Positions 28,591 through 37,914 of a stretch of DNA of 64,000 bases are shown here, in pieces; the stretch's first letter is position 1, and each line of letters starts with the position of its first letter. A program made the position numbers and the translations under genes. The DNA is from an uncultured Bacillota bacterium (GTDB taxonomy: Bacteria; Bacillota_I; Bacilli_A; RFN20; CAG-288). The stretch spans positions 216 through 64,215 of the forward strand of contig CASFYT010000018.1 in the NCBI GenBank assembly GCA_949299015.1. Reading direction: 5' to 3'. Below the pieces are notes generated by a model that was not told the DNA's origin, searched no databases, and worked only from the letters and a program-made list of their open reading frames with translations.

Positions 28591-28792
28591 GCGGATTTTA
28601 TCGTGATTTTTCCTGTCAAGGACTGAAGAAAAATTCTTTTTTCCGCCCTTTCGCGCAGCCGGATTGGCCCCTCTTTCCCATGGCGCGGACGTTTTGGGAA
28701 GAAGGCGCAAGGGAGGCGGGGAAAAGTTGTCACCCCGTTTTCCGGAAAGGTCCGCCGGCCCCCTTATAATCCAGGCAAGGGAGGTGAAAGCC

Positions 28793-30037
28793 ATGGAAGA
28801 ACGCGTCATTCTCGCCATCGACCTGAAGTCCTTCTACGCTTCCGTCGAGTGCAAGAGGAGGGGCATGGACCCCTTTGAGACGCCTCTTGTCGTGGCCGAC
28901 CTCTTCCGCGGGAACGGAACCATCGTCCTCGCCGCCTCCCCCTACATCAAGAGCCGCTATGGCGTGAAGTCGCGCTGCCGCCTCTCCGAGGTCGACCGCC
29001 GGATCCCCGGCCTCGTCGTCGCCCGGCCCCACATGCAGGACTACCTCGAGGAGAGCGCCGCGGTCAACGCCGTCTACCTCGACTACGTCGACGAATCCGA
29101 CCTGCACGTCTATTCCATCGACGAGTCCTTCCTGGACGTGACCCACTATCTGAAGAGGGCGGGGGACACGCCCGAGAGCTATGCGCGGAAGATCCTCCGG
29201 GACCTCTTGGAGAAGCGCGGCCTCGTCGCCACCTGCGGCATCGGGTCCAACCTCTTCCTGGCGAAGTGCGCCATGGACCTCGAGGCCAAGAAGAGAAGAG
29301 AGCGCCTCGCCTACTGGCGGAAGGAGGACCTTCCCGAGAAGCTCTGGAACGTCCGTCCGCTCTCCCGGATCTGGGGCATCGGCTCCCATCTGGAGCGGAG
29401 GCTCCTCGCTCTCGGATTCGCGACGATGGGGGACATCGCCGCCGGCGATCGGGACTACCTTTGCCGCCACCTCGGCGTCATCGGAGCGGAAATCTACTGC
29501 CATGCCCTCGGGGAGGACGACGCCCGGATCCAGGACCGCTACGAAAGCCGGGAGTCGACCGTCAGCGTCGGCGAGGTCCTGCTGCGGGACTACAAGGGCG
29601 CGGAAGTCCCCACCCTGGTCCACGACCTCGTCCTCGAGCTTTCCGAGGAGCTGCAGCGTCGAAGGGTCCTTCCCAAGAGGATCGACCTCGTCCTCGGCGC
29701 CAAGGACGGGACGGCCGTGCGTCGCGTCCTGGCCCTCGAGGAAAGGACTTCCTCTTCCTTCCGGCTCTGGACCTTCCTCAAGCCGCTCGTCCTCGTCCCG
29801 GCCGAAAGGGACTACCGCCGGATCCACCTTGTGGCGAGCGACCTTTCCGGGGAGGAGAGCTTCCAGGGGACGCTCTTCCGGGATGAGGAAGGGGAACGAA
29901 GGGAAAGGGCGTGCGACGAGGCGCTTCAGACGATCCGAAGACGTTACGGAACCAGCAAGGCCATGCCCTGCTCCGCCCTCCTTTCTTCCTCGACCTACTG
30001 GATCCGACACCAACAGATAGGAGGACACCATCGATGA
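28793..30037 (+). CDS. Y-family DNA polymerase (UvrX/ImpB/DinB-like)
   Basis: The ATG at 28793 follows a GGGAGG ribosome-binding site. The N-terminus reads ILAIDLKSFYASVEC, and a SIDESFLDV catalytic block is present. Confidence 0.88.
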   Translation: MEERVILAIDLKSFYASVECKRRGMDPFETPLVVADLFRGNGTIVLAASPYIKSRYGVKSRCRLSEVDRRIPGLVVARPHMQDYLEESAAVNAVYLDYVDESDLHVYSIDESFLDVTHYLKRAGDTPESYARKILRDLLEKRGLVATCGIGSNLFLAKCAMDLEAKKRRERLAYWRKEDLPEKLWNVRPLSRIWGIGSHLERRLLALGFATMGDIAAGDRDYLCRHLGVIGAEIYCHALGEDDARIQDRYESRESTVSVGEVLLRDYKGAEVPTLVHDLVLELSEELQRRRVLPKRIDLVLGAKDGTAVRRVLALEERTSSSFRLWTFLKPLVLVPAERDYRRIHLVASDLSGEESFQGTLFRDEEGERRERACDEALQTIRRRYGTSKAMPCSALLSSSTYWIRHQQIGGHHR

Positions 30038-30348
30038 GAGGAATGAAGGCCTGGCTTCCCTTCCGCTCCCTGAGGGGACAGGAGGAGGCAATCGAAAGGG
30101 CGGTTTCCGCCAAGAGGAAGAAGGAGCTTCCCGAGCTGAGCGAGGACGAGGTCCAGGAACTGGAAGGAATCCTGCGGAGCCTGCGCCGCGGAGATCCGAC
30201 GGAGGTGACCTTCTTCGACGACGGGAAGATCTATACCCGAAGGGAAATCTTCCAGCGGATCGACCTCGGGGAGAGGAGGATCGTCTTCCTCGGCTTCTCC
30301 CTGGTCCTGGGACATCTCCTGGGCATCCGGAAGGTCTCGCTTTCCTGA
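30034..30348 (+). CDS. YolD-like protein, usual partner of UvrX-type polymerases
   Basis: The 104-aa ORF shares an ATGA overlap with the polymerase gene. The call rests on the N-terminal MKAWLPF pattern and on gene position. Confidence 0.6.
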   Translation: MRGMKAWLPFRSLRGQEEAIERAVSAKRKKELPELSEDEVQELEGILRSLRRGDPTEVTFFDDGKIYTRREIFQRIDLGERRIVFLGFSLVLGHLLGIRKVSLS

Positions 30349-30407
30349 ACAAGGGTCGCCTTGGAAGGCAATAGGAGGTGAAGAGGCAGGACGGAGGAAA
30401 AAAGGCT

Positions 30408-30522
30408 TTGCTTCCGGGCTCTTCATCTTCTATACTATCTGATGCTCCCGAAAGGGAGCGTATACTTTCTTGCCGTTCCCTGATGTAGGAACGGCCGAAA
30501 GACCATAGGGAGGTATAGACGC
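30408..30522 (+). promoter_or_regulatory. rpsF promoter and structured 5' leader
   Basis: TTGCTT (30408-13), a 17-nt spacer and TATACT (30431-36) form a candidate promoter. The leader carries two hairpins: GCTCCC-GAAA-GGGAGC (30444-59) and GCCGTTCC-8nt-GGAACGGC (30472-95). Confidence 0.45.
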
Positions 30523-30804
30523 ATGAAGAATTACGAGATCATGTACATTCTTGCGCCGACCCTCGACGAAGCGGCCACCAAGGGCGCCATCGAGAGTCTC
30601 CACAAGATCCTCACCGACAACGGCGCCACCATCACCGGCGTCAAGGAGTGGGGCATGAGAGATCTGGCCTATCCCATCAAGAAGCAGACGAAAGGCTATT
30701 ACGTCATCGTCGAGTTCAAGGCGGAGCCCAAGGCTCTGAACGAATTCGACCGCATCGTCCGCTTGGATAGCAAGGTCCTGCGCTTCCTTGTCACTGTCTG
30801 CTGA
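30523..30804 (+). CDS. rpsF: 30S ribosomal protein S6
   Basis: The 93-aa product starts MKNYEIMYIL and lies in the conserved rpsF-ssb-rpsR gene order. Confidence 0.97.
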   Translation: MKNYEIMYILAPTLDEAATKGAIESLHKILTDNGATITGVKEWGMRDLAYPIKKQTKGYYVIVEFKAEPKALNEFDRIVRLDSKVLRFLVTVC

Positions 30805-30826
30805 CAGAACCAAAGGAGAAAAGACA

Positions 30827-31240
30827 ATGGCTGGAATCAATCGTGTCGTGCTGGTCGGGAGGATGGTCCGGGATCCGGAGCTGAAGAGAACCAACTCCGG
30901 TGCCTCGGTCACGTCCTTCACGATCGCTGTCGACAATCTCGCCAAGGCGGGGGCGGAACGGACCGCCAGCTTCATCCCCTGCACGTGCTGGAACAAGACG
31001 GCGGAGAACGTCTCCAAGTATTGCTCGAAGGGTTCCCTGGTCGGCGTCGACGGACGCCTCAGCCAGCGAAACTACGAAGACAAGAACGGACAGAAGCGTT
31101 CGGTCGTCGAAGTCGTCGCCGAATCGGTCCAGTTCCTGGAACGCAAGGGCGCCACGGAAGAGAACGAGAGCCAGCCGGAAGAAAAGAGCACGGTCGCGCA
31201 CGAGGGCATCGACTCCTCGGACGACGACCTGCCCTTCTAG
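30827..31240 (+). CDS. ssb: Single-stranded DNA-binding protein
   Basis: The product starts MAGINRVVLVGRMVRDPELK and ends with the acidic tip DDDLPF. Confidence 0.97.
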   Translation: MAGINRVVLVGRMVRDPELKRTNSGASVTSFTIAVDNLAKAGAERTASFIPCTCWNKTAENVSKYCSKGSLVGVDGRLSQRNYEDKNGQKRSVVEVVAESVQFLERKGATEENESQPEEKSTVAHEGIDSSDDDLPF

Positions 31241-31273
31241 CCTTCCTCGGGAAGGCGGAAAGGAATCACGGAA

Positions 31274-31498
31274 ATGTATCGTAGACCCAAGCCCAGAAAG
31301 AAGATCTGCTACTTCTGCAAGAACCACGTCGACCACGTCGACTACAAGGACGTCGAGCTCCTGAAGAAGTACATCTCTCCTTCCGGAAAGATCACGGCGC
31401 GCCGCATCACGGGAACCTGCAGCAAGCATCAGAGGATGCTCGCCCAGGCCATCAAGCGCGCCCGTTACATGGCCCTTCTTCCCTACGTCGCCGAATAA
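31274..31498 (+). CDS. rpsR: 30S ribosomal protein S18
   Basis: The 74-aa product shows KKICYFCK...VDYKDV...[11 protein letters not shown]. Confidence 0.97.
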   Translation: MYRRPKPRKKICYFCKNHVDHVDYKDVELLKKYISPSGKITARRITGTCSKHQRMLAQAIKRARYMALLPYVAE

Positions 31499-31507
31499 GG
31501 GACGAAA

Positions 31508-31542
31508 AGAAAACCTCGGTTTGCATCGGCCGAGGTTTTTTC
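31508..31542 (+). terminator. Rho-independent terminator
   Basis: A CCTCGG...CCGAGG hairpin is followed by TTTTTT, immediately after rpsR. Confidence 0.75.
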
Positions 31543-31596
31543 GTGCCGGAAGGAAAAGGCCTTTCCTTTTCCTGTCGATGCGCTTAGAATGCACAC

Positions 31597-32301
31597 ATGA
31601 CCAAATACACCAAGGAGCAGAAGACGACCTTCGCGGTCGGATACTTCCTCGTCTTGCAGCTTCTGGAGCAGTGCCCGGAGAGGCTTGTCCGTCTCTATTA
31701 TTCCGAGGATGCCCTCAAGAGCGATGCCTATCGAAAGATCGAACGTCTTGTCCCGAAGGAGCGGAGGACCCTCTCAAGCAAGGCCATCGAGAAGATCTCC
31801 GGCAAGGAGAACGGATACGTGATGGCGGAGTTCCTCAAGAAGGAAGAGAAACTCGATCCGGAGAAGGACCATCTGGCCCTCGTCGCTCCCAGGGACAAGG
31901 GAAACCTCGGCAACGCGATGCGCTCCCTTCTGGCCTTTCACCTTCACGACATCGCCCTGATCCGGGATTGCTGCGACCTCTTCGATCCGAAGGTGATCCG
32001 GTCCTCGATGGGGGCCTTCTTTCACCTCCGGATGAAGGTCTACGACTCCTTCGAAGACTATCGAAAGGAATTCGATCGTCCCTATTATCCCTTCATCCTC
32101 CAGAAGGCAAGGCCTCTGGGAGAGGTGTCTTTCCGGAGTCCCTGTTCCCTGGTCTTCGGAAACGAGGCAAGTGGCCTTCCCGAAGAGCTCCATAACGAAA
32201 ACGCCGTCAGGATCGAGCAGTCCGACGAGGTGGACTCCCTCAATCTGACGACCTCGATCGCGATTGCCCTCTATCAGCTTGATAGGCAGAGGAAATTCTA
32301 G
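31597..32301 (+). CDS. TrmH/SpoU-family RNA 2'-O-methyltransferase
   Basis: Motifs seen are PRDKGNLGNAMRSLLAF, LVFGNEASGLPEE and SLNLTTSIAIALYQL. Confidence 0.85.
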   Translation: MTKYTKEQKTTFAVGYFLVLQLLEQCPERLVRLYYSEDALKSDAYRKIERLVPKERRTLSSKAIEKISGKENGYVMAEFLKKEEKLDPEKDHLALVAPRDKGNLGNAMRSLLAFHLHDIALIRDCCDLFDPKVIRSSMGAFFHLRMKVYDSFEDYRKEFDRPYYPFILQKARPLGEVSFRSPCSLVFGNEASGLPEELHNENAVRIEQSDEVDSLNLTTSIAIALYQLDRQRKF

Positions 32302-32837
32302 AAGAGCGTCCCCTGCTGCTCTTTGTCCAGGGAGAAGATCTTGACCTCCATGGCAAGGAGAGAGGAGAGAGAGAAAAGGCCCCTGAGATAATCCTTGGCG
32401 TGATCGCGAGGGATGAGAAGAGGCATCCTTTCGTGGTGGAAGGAGACGACCTTGTCCGCCGGACGTGTCAGGAGCGCAAACTCGCCCTGCTTGTAAAAGC
32501 CGGCCAGGTAAAGCAGGCCTTCTCCAGCGAAGGCGTGCTCCTTCTTCCTCTCGTCCTTCTCGAAGAAGAGGGAGCAGGGGAAAAGGGCTTTCCTCTGCCT
32601 GTAGGAGGAGCAGAAGAGCTCCTTTTCCGCAACGGTCTCCACTCGGGCGTTGAGGACCTTCTTCTCGACGATGTCTAGGCCGAAGGAGAGGGGACGAAGG
32701 ACCATCCTCCCCTCTTCCAGGACAAGGCCGGGGGCCAGGGTGCTCTCGAGGATGTCGGTCTGGATTCTCTCATAGAAGCCCGGGAAGTCGGAGAACTTCC
32801 ACCAGTCTTCCTTCAAGAGCTGATAATGGCAGCACAT
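32298..32837 (-). CDS. SOS-response-associated peptidase (SRAP/YedK-like)
   Basis: The product is 179 aa from the internal ATG and starts MCC (Cys2). The C-terminal HERMPLLIPRDHAKDYL matches the SRAP pattern. Confidence 0.65.
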   Translation of the reverse strand: MCCHYQLLKEDWWKFSDFPGFYERIQTDILESTLAPGLVLEEGRMVLRPLSFGLDIVEKKVLNARVETVAEKELFCSSYRQRKALFPCSLFFEKDERKKEHAFAGEGLLYLAGFYKQGEFALLTRPADKVVSFHHERMPLLIPRDHAKDYLRGLFSLSSLLAMEVKIFSLDKEQQGTLF

Positions 32838-32850
32838 GTCCTTCTCCTTG

Positions 32851-34371
32851 TTATCCGAACAGGGGCGGAAGTCCTTGCATGACCAAGTTGGCCAACAGGA
32901 CATAGACGCAGATCGAGATGATGTCCAGGATGTTGGAGATGAGGGGCTGGCTCATGACAGCGGGATCGAGATGGACAAGCTTGGCCAGCATCGGAAGGGT
33001 CGCTCCGAGCCACTTGGCGATGATGATCACGATCAGGAAGGTCAATCCGATCAAGCCCGCGACCGAGAGGAAGAGCGCATCCCTTGAGCCGTAGGCGGAG
33101 GTGATGATCTGCTGGTCGGCGTCGGTCAGGGTGATGATTCCGCTGTAGAGCTCGACCAGGATCCAGAGGAAGGAGACGAAGGCCATGATCAAGGCGGTCA
33201 GAAGGGAGGCCTTGAACTCCTTGAAGATCGTCTTGAAATAGTTCTTGTGCGTGATGTGCCCCAAGGCCAGCTCTCTTGTGACGACGGTGCAGGTCTGGTC
33301 GGAGGCGTTTCCGTTGGTGCCCATGATCGTCGGGATGAAGGCCAGGAGCAAGGGAATGGCGTTGAGCGTGTTCTGGAGGTAGGAGAGCGTGGAGGAGGTG
33401 AAGGTGTTGAGCATCAGAAGGACGATGATCCAGACGACATAGCCCTTGACCAGGCCGAAGACGGTCTGCTGGCTGTAGGGCTTTTCGCTCGGAGTGACGG
33501 CCGACTGGATGGCGATGTCCTCGCTGATCTCGGCGTTTGCGGCATCCAGGACATCGTCGAAGGTGATGATTCCGACCATCCTTCCGGTGCTGTTGGTGAC
33601 TGGCATGACCGAGATGTCATAGTGGCGGAAGGCGCGGACGACCTCTTCCTTGTCCGTGTCGACATCGACCTTCGGATAGTCTCTTTCCATCACCGAGGAG
33701 AGAGAGTCCTCGGGATCGGCTTCCAACAGGTGATCCAGACGCAAGGTCCCGACAAGCCTTCTCTGTTCGTCGGTGACGAAGGAGAACCAGATCGTCTCCA
33801 TGTCCGGGCCTTCCTCCCGAATCTTGTCGACGGCATCCCGGACGTTGTCCGTCTCGCGGAAGGAGAGATATTCGCAGGTCATCAGTGTTCCGGCGGAGTC
33901 GTCCTTGAAGCGGAGGTAGGAGTTGATCCTCTCCCGGTCTTCCTTGCTGGCCGAGCGCAGGACCTTGTGGACCAGGTTGGCCGGAAGGTCGTCGACGAAG
34001 TCCACGACGTTGTCGGTCGACATCTCTTCCAGAAGCTTCTGGATGGCATCGGTCGAGAAGGCCTCGATCAGGCGCTTCTTGGTCTTCGGTGAGAGCAGGG
34101 TGAACACTTCGGCCGAGTCGTCGCTCTTGACGGCGCGGAAGAAGAAGACCAGGGTCTCGTCGCTTTCTTCCTCTAGCAAGGCCGCCAAGGTATGGCGGTC
34201 GAAAGCCTGGACAAGCTCTCGAAGCTTGTTGGCATCCTTCTCTTCCAAGGTCTTTTTGACGACATCGAGGCCTTCCGGATGGTGATAGACCGGCCCGAGG
34301 TCCTTGTCGACCTTGAGCTCCTCTTCCTCAGGCTGCCAGCTCTCGAGGAGATTCTTCTTTTCTTCTCCCAT
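32851..34371 (-). CDS. mgtE: Magnesium transporter MgtE
   Basis: The product is 506 aa from the internal ATG. It has an acidic N-domain, a CBS pair (VMPVTNSTGRMVGIITFDDVLD) and five C-terminal TM helices. Confidence 0.9.
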   Translation of the reverse strand: MGEEKKNLLESWQPEEEELKVDKDLGPVYHHPEGLDVVKKTLEEKDANKLRELVQAFDRHTLAALLEEESDETLVFFFRAVKSDDSAEVFTLLSPKTKKRLIEAFSTDAIQKLLEEMSTDNVVDFVDDLPANLVHKVLRSASKEDRERINSYLRFKDDSAGTLMTCEYLSFRETDNVRDAVDKIREEGPDMETIWFSFVTDEQRRLVGTLRLDHLLEADPEDSLSSVMERDYPKVDVDTDKEEVVRAFRHYDISVMPVTNSTGRMVGIITFDDVLDAANAEISEDIAIQSAVTPSEKPYSQQTVFGLVKGYVVWIIVLLMLNTFTSSTLSYLQNTLNAIPLLLAFIPTIMGTNGNASDQTCTVVTRELALGHITHKNYFKTIFKEFKASLLTALIMAFVSFLWILVELYSGIITLTDADQQIITSAYGSRDALFLSVAGLIGLTFLIVIIIAKWLGATLPMLAKLVHLDPAVMSQPLISNILDIISICVYVLLANLVMQGLPPLFG

Positions 34372-34384
34372 AGATCTTTTCCTC

Positions 34385-35869
34385 CTAGAGCAATGCGACA
34401 AAAGGCTCGATCGTTCCGGGATCGATGCCATCGATGATGGCCATCGAGACGGAGAAGTAGAGAAGCAGGGTCAGGATGTCCATGATGGATGCGATCAAGG
34501 GGCCGGACATCACGGCCGGATCGAGATGGAGGGCCTTGGCCAAGAAGGGCAGAACCGAAGCCAGCAGCTTCGCAACCGCAATCCCGAAGAAGAAGCTGAC
34601 GGAGACGATGGCGGCGATGACAAGCTGTCCGTTGAGAATCGAACCGAAGAGAGTGATGAAGGTCTGTTCCATCTCCGATGTGATATTGAGAATCGGAGTG
34701 TTGAGTTCCAAAAGGACCCAAGCGAAGTTGAAGACGGCGACGATCAAGGCCGTGATGATTCCGGCCAGGAATTCCTTCCCGACCGCCTTGAACCAGTTCT
34801 TGGAGTTGAGCTCCCCGGTGGCAATCGACCTTGTGACCATGGAGGAGGTCTGGTCGCCGGCATCGCCGCAGGAATCGCCCAAAGCCGGGATGAAGGAGAC
34901 CAGGACCGGGAAGGTCAGAAGGGCGTTCTCGAAGCTGGAGATGACCATGCCCGAGAAGGTATTGATGACAAGGAGGATGACAAGCCAGATGGCATAGGAC
35001 CGGGCCAGGCGGAAGGAACGGGTCTCGAGATACGGAGTCTTTCCGGGAGCGATGGCGGCCTGCTTGAGGACGTCCTCGGTGTTCTCCTCCTCGATGACAT
35101 CCAGGACGTCGTCGAAGGTGATGATGCCCAGAAGGTCGTTGTTCCTGGAGACGACCGGAAGGACGGGAAGGTCGAACTGCCGGCAGATCCGTGTCGCTTC
35201 CTCTCGGTCGGAGATGGGGCTGATGGAAGGGAAGTCCTTGCTCATCACGTCCCCGATTTTCTCATCTTCCTTGCAGAACATCAGCTCTTCCAGGCTCTGG
35301 ATGCCCAAGAGATGGTTTCCTTCGTCGGTGACGAAGATCGTCCGGACGGTCTCCTGGTCCTTTCCGACCGTGCGGATCAGATCCAGGACTTCTTTCACGG
35401 TCTTCTCGGGAGAGACGGCCAGGTATTCGGTGGTCATGATGGAGCCGATCGTGTCGTCCCCGAAGCGCGCCAGGGAGCCCAGGATTTTCCTTCTCCTTGC
35501 CGGGATCAAGGCCAGAATCTTTTCTCTCCGGTTCTTGTTGAGGTCGGTCAGGAAATCGACGAGGTCGTCGTTGGGGACGTTGGCGAGAAGGAGAGAAAAC
35601 CTCTTGCTGTCGAGCTCCTCGGCGACGGCGATCTTGTGGCGGAAGAGCAGATAGGCGAAGATCTCGCCCAGCTTGTCATAGTCCTGGACGATGGAGAAGA
35701 ACAGGACCGTCTCGTTCTCCGAGAGGGAATTGAGCTCCTCGGCCAGGGAGACAATCGAAAAGTCCTTTGCGAACTGGCGGACCTTTTCGTTCTCGTTGGT
35801 GACCAAGAGGGCATGAAGCTCGTGGATGTCGTTTTCCTTGACTGTGCCTTGCTCGAGAATCTCTTCCAT
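34385..35869 (-). CDS. mgtE: Magnesium transporter MgtE, tandem paralogue
   Basis: The 494-aa product has the same architecture (LPVLPVVSRNNDLLGIITFDDVLD, C-terminal TM helices). Confidence 0.9.
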   Translation of the reverse strand: MEEILEQGTVKENDIHELHALLVTNENEKVRQFAKDFSIVSLAEELNSLSENETVLFFSIVQDYDKLGEIFAYLLFRHKIAVAEELDSKRFSLLLANVPNDDLVDFLTDLNKNRREKILALIPARRRKILGSLARFGDDTIGSIMTTEYLAVSPEKTVKEVLDLIRTVGKDQETVRTIFVTDEGNHLLGIQSLEELMFCKEDEKIGDVMSKDFPSISPISDREEATRICRQFDLPVLPVVSRNNDLLGIITFDDVLDVIEEENTEDVLKQAAIAPGKTPYLETRSFRLARSYAIWLVILLVINTFSGMVISSFENALLTFPVLVSFIPALGDSCGDAGDQTSSMVTRSIATGELNSKNWFKAVGKEFLAGIITALIVAVFNFAWVLLELNTPILNITSEMEQTFITLFGSILNGQLVIAAIVSVSFFFGIAVAKLLASVLPFLAKALHLDPAVMSGPLIASIMDILTLLLYFSVSMAIIDGIDPGTIEPFVALL

Positions 35870-35880
35870 CTTCTCGCCTC

Positions 35881-36531
35881 CTAGAGCAGTTTCATAAGCT
35901 TGCTCTTGAGCTCACGGATCGTATGACAGACATTGCCGGTATTGTTTCTTTCCAGCTCCTCGTCATAGGTCTTGGAGTGGGAATAGCCGGCGGAGAGGAG
36001 GTCGACCGGGACCTCCTTCATCGAGCGGATGTCTTCCAGGGTGTCCCCGACATAGACGACATCCTCTTTTTTGAGGTGGTTCTCTTCCAGAAGCTTTCTC
36101 ATCGAATCGGGCTTGTTGACGCTCTCCTGGGAACCCCAGTAACACTTTTCGAAGTAATTTTCATAGGAAAGCTTCCTCAGGGAGAGAAGGAGAGTCCTTT
36201 CGCTTCTTCCCGTCAGGAGGAAGAGACGTTTTCCTTTTTCCTTGAGGAGCTTGAGAATCTCTTCCATCTCTGGGAAGGGAATCAACAGATCTTCCTGTCT
36301 TTTCTCATAATAGTCGAAGAAAAAGGAAAGAGCTTCCTCGATTTTTTCGGGAGCGACGATCTTCTTCAGAATGCCATCTTCCGTCGGTCCGAAATAACGA
36401 TAGATTGCATCCGGACGGAAAAAGGGATCGTGATAGCGGTGGATCGTCTCGACCATCGTGACCTTCTCCAATTCGTTGGAATCGACCAAGGTCCCGTCGA
36501 AGTCGAAGACAAAGCATTCTTTCTTCTTCAT
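35881..36531 (-). CDS. HAD-superfamily hydrolase
   Basis: The product is 216 aa from the internal ATG. It shows FVFDFDGTLVDS (motif I), a LLTGRS block and VGDTLEDI. Confidence 0.85.
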   Translation of the reverse strand: MKKKECFVFDFDGTLVDSNELEKVTMVETIHRYHDPFFRPDAIYRYFGPTEDGILKKIVAPEKIEEALSFFFDYYEKRQEDLLIPFPEMEEILKLLKEKGKRLFLLTGRSERTLLLSLRKLSYENYFEKCYWGSQESVNKPDSMRKLLEENHLKKEDVVYVGDTLEDIRSMKEVPVDLLSAGYSHSKTYDEELERNNTGNVCHTIRELKSKLMKLL

Positions 36532-36748
36532 ACGCCTTGATTTTAAGCAGGCAAGCCGAAGAAAGAAAGACGAAAAACGCTTTCTTTGGGAAGAAGTTGC
36601 AAAGGAGAGAGAAAAACACAAACATCTTCGGACAAGACTGTGATTCTCACTTCTTTTAATTCAGAAGGAGACCCGGTATGTGAGATGGTCTTACGGAGAT
36701 TGGAAGTCCTTTGATGTTCAATCTCAGATAGCCTTCTAATCCACTCAA

Positions 36749-37204
36749 TCAGGCATCGTCTTGAATCATACCATCTTTGCATATTTTGGCTTCTTTTAAT
36801 TTTTCTAGGGCTCCAATTACAACTTTGATCTGTGCTCCCGATAGGACAAAACGACCTGTTGTCAGTGACTTTATCAAAGAGGAGATAATCGATTGTTCTT
36901 TAGGGTTGAGAATTCCTTGTTCCGTTCCGCAATCTAGGCATTCCTGCCACCCGTTAGGAGATATTCGATAAACCAAAATCGTATCAGTTACAGCGTTCTC
37001 TCTTGTTTGTTCATGTTTAGCAGAAATCTGATTAGCCTTGTATTCATCTCTGGAAATAAGTATTTTTCTTGCTTCATCCGAAGGAAAAATCTGAATTTCT
37101 TTTATAGCCTTCCAGCAGTCTTCTTTTTTGCATAGCACACTGATGTTTTTCTCTGGATGATTGCCATTATAGAAATAATCAAAGCATTTCGATGCGATGT
37201 CCAT
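36749..37204 (-). CDS. Hypothetical protein, possibly the C-terminal remnant of a larger gene
   Basis: The product is 151 aa from the internal ATG (MDIASKCF...). The longer tracked ORF overlaps the facing gene fragment. I recognise no motif. Confidence 0.4.
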   Translation of the reverse strand: MDIASKCFDYFYNGNHPEKNISVLCKKEDCWKAIKEIQIFPSDEARKILISRDEYKANQISAKHEQTRENAVTDTILVYRISPNGWQECLDCGTEQGILNPKEQSIISSLIKSLTTGRFVLSGAQIKVVIGALEKLKEAKICKDGMIQDDA

Positions 37205-37221
37205 GATAAGCCCATCTAGAT

Positions 37222-37818
37222 ATGAGAGGCATAAGACAAGAAACAAAATCTTATCCTGGTAAGAGTTTAAGAGAAGCAATTTTAAATGCCATCTGCCATG
37301 CTGATTATAGTATGCCATCGAACATTAAAATAGAATTTTATGTCGATAGAGTCGAAATAACTAATCCTGGCGGAATTTATAGATATAATATTGATGACAT
37401 TTTATTAGGAATTCAGTCCTTTAGAAATCCAAAATTGATAGCTGTGTTGCATAGGCTCGGATTCATAGAAAATTATGGAACGGGAATCAAGAGAATTAGA
37501 GAAGCTTATCCTAATTATGATATTAGAAACTTTTTGATAAATCGTCTTCAATGGTTTAGGGGCGTCTTACCGGATTTGAATTATGAAAAAGCTTCTTTGG
37601 AGGACAATGTCCCTCAAAATGTCCCTCAAAATGATTTAAGTAAGATAATTGACGCCATAAAAAAGAATGAAAGAATAACAAGAGAAGAATTAGCTGCTAT
37701 CATTGGGAAGAGCGTAAAGACCGTAGCGCGAATTATAAAAGAATCTGACTCAATTAAATTTGTAGGTTCATCAAAAACCGGTCATTGGGAAATCATAGAA
37801 GACAAGAAAGAAAATTAA
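37222..37818 (+). pseudogene. N-terminally truncated putative regulator (RecG-like HATPase_c_4 domain plus wHTH)
   Basis: The 198-aa fragment shows AILNAICHADYS...EITNPGG...RNPKLIAVLHRLGFIENYGTGIKRI and a C-terminal wHTH (ITREELAAIIGKSVKTVARIIKE). As I recall, full-length relatives are ~450-500 aa with an N-terminal AlbA_2/Schlafen domain, which is missing here. Confidence 0.6.
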
Positions 37819-37839
37819 GTCTATAACAAGCTCATTCAC

Positions 37840-37871
37840 GCCTCACTAGAAAAATCTGGTGAGGCTTTTTC
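37840..37871 (+). terminator. Rho-independent terminator
   Basis: The hairpin GCCTCAC-12nt-GTGAGGC is followed by TTTTT. Confidence 0.7.
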
Positions 37872-37914
37872 TTTAAAATCATTGCTTGCACATAAAACAC
37901 GGCCGACATTATGG

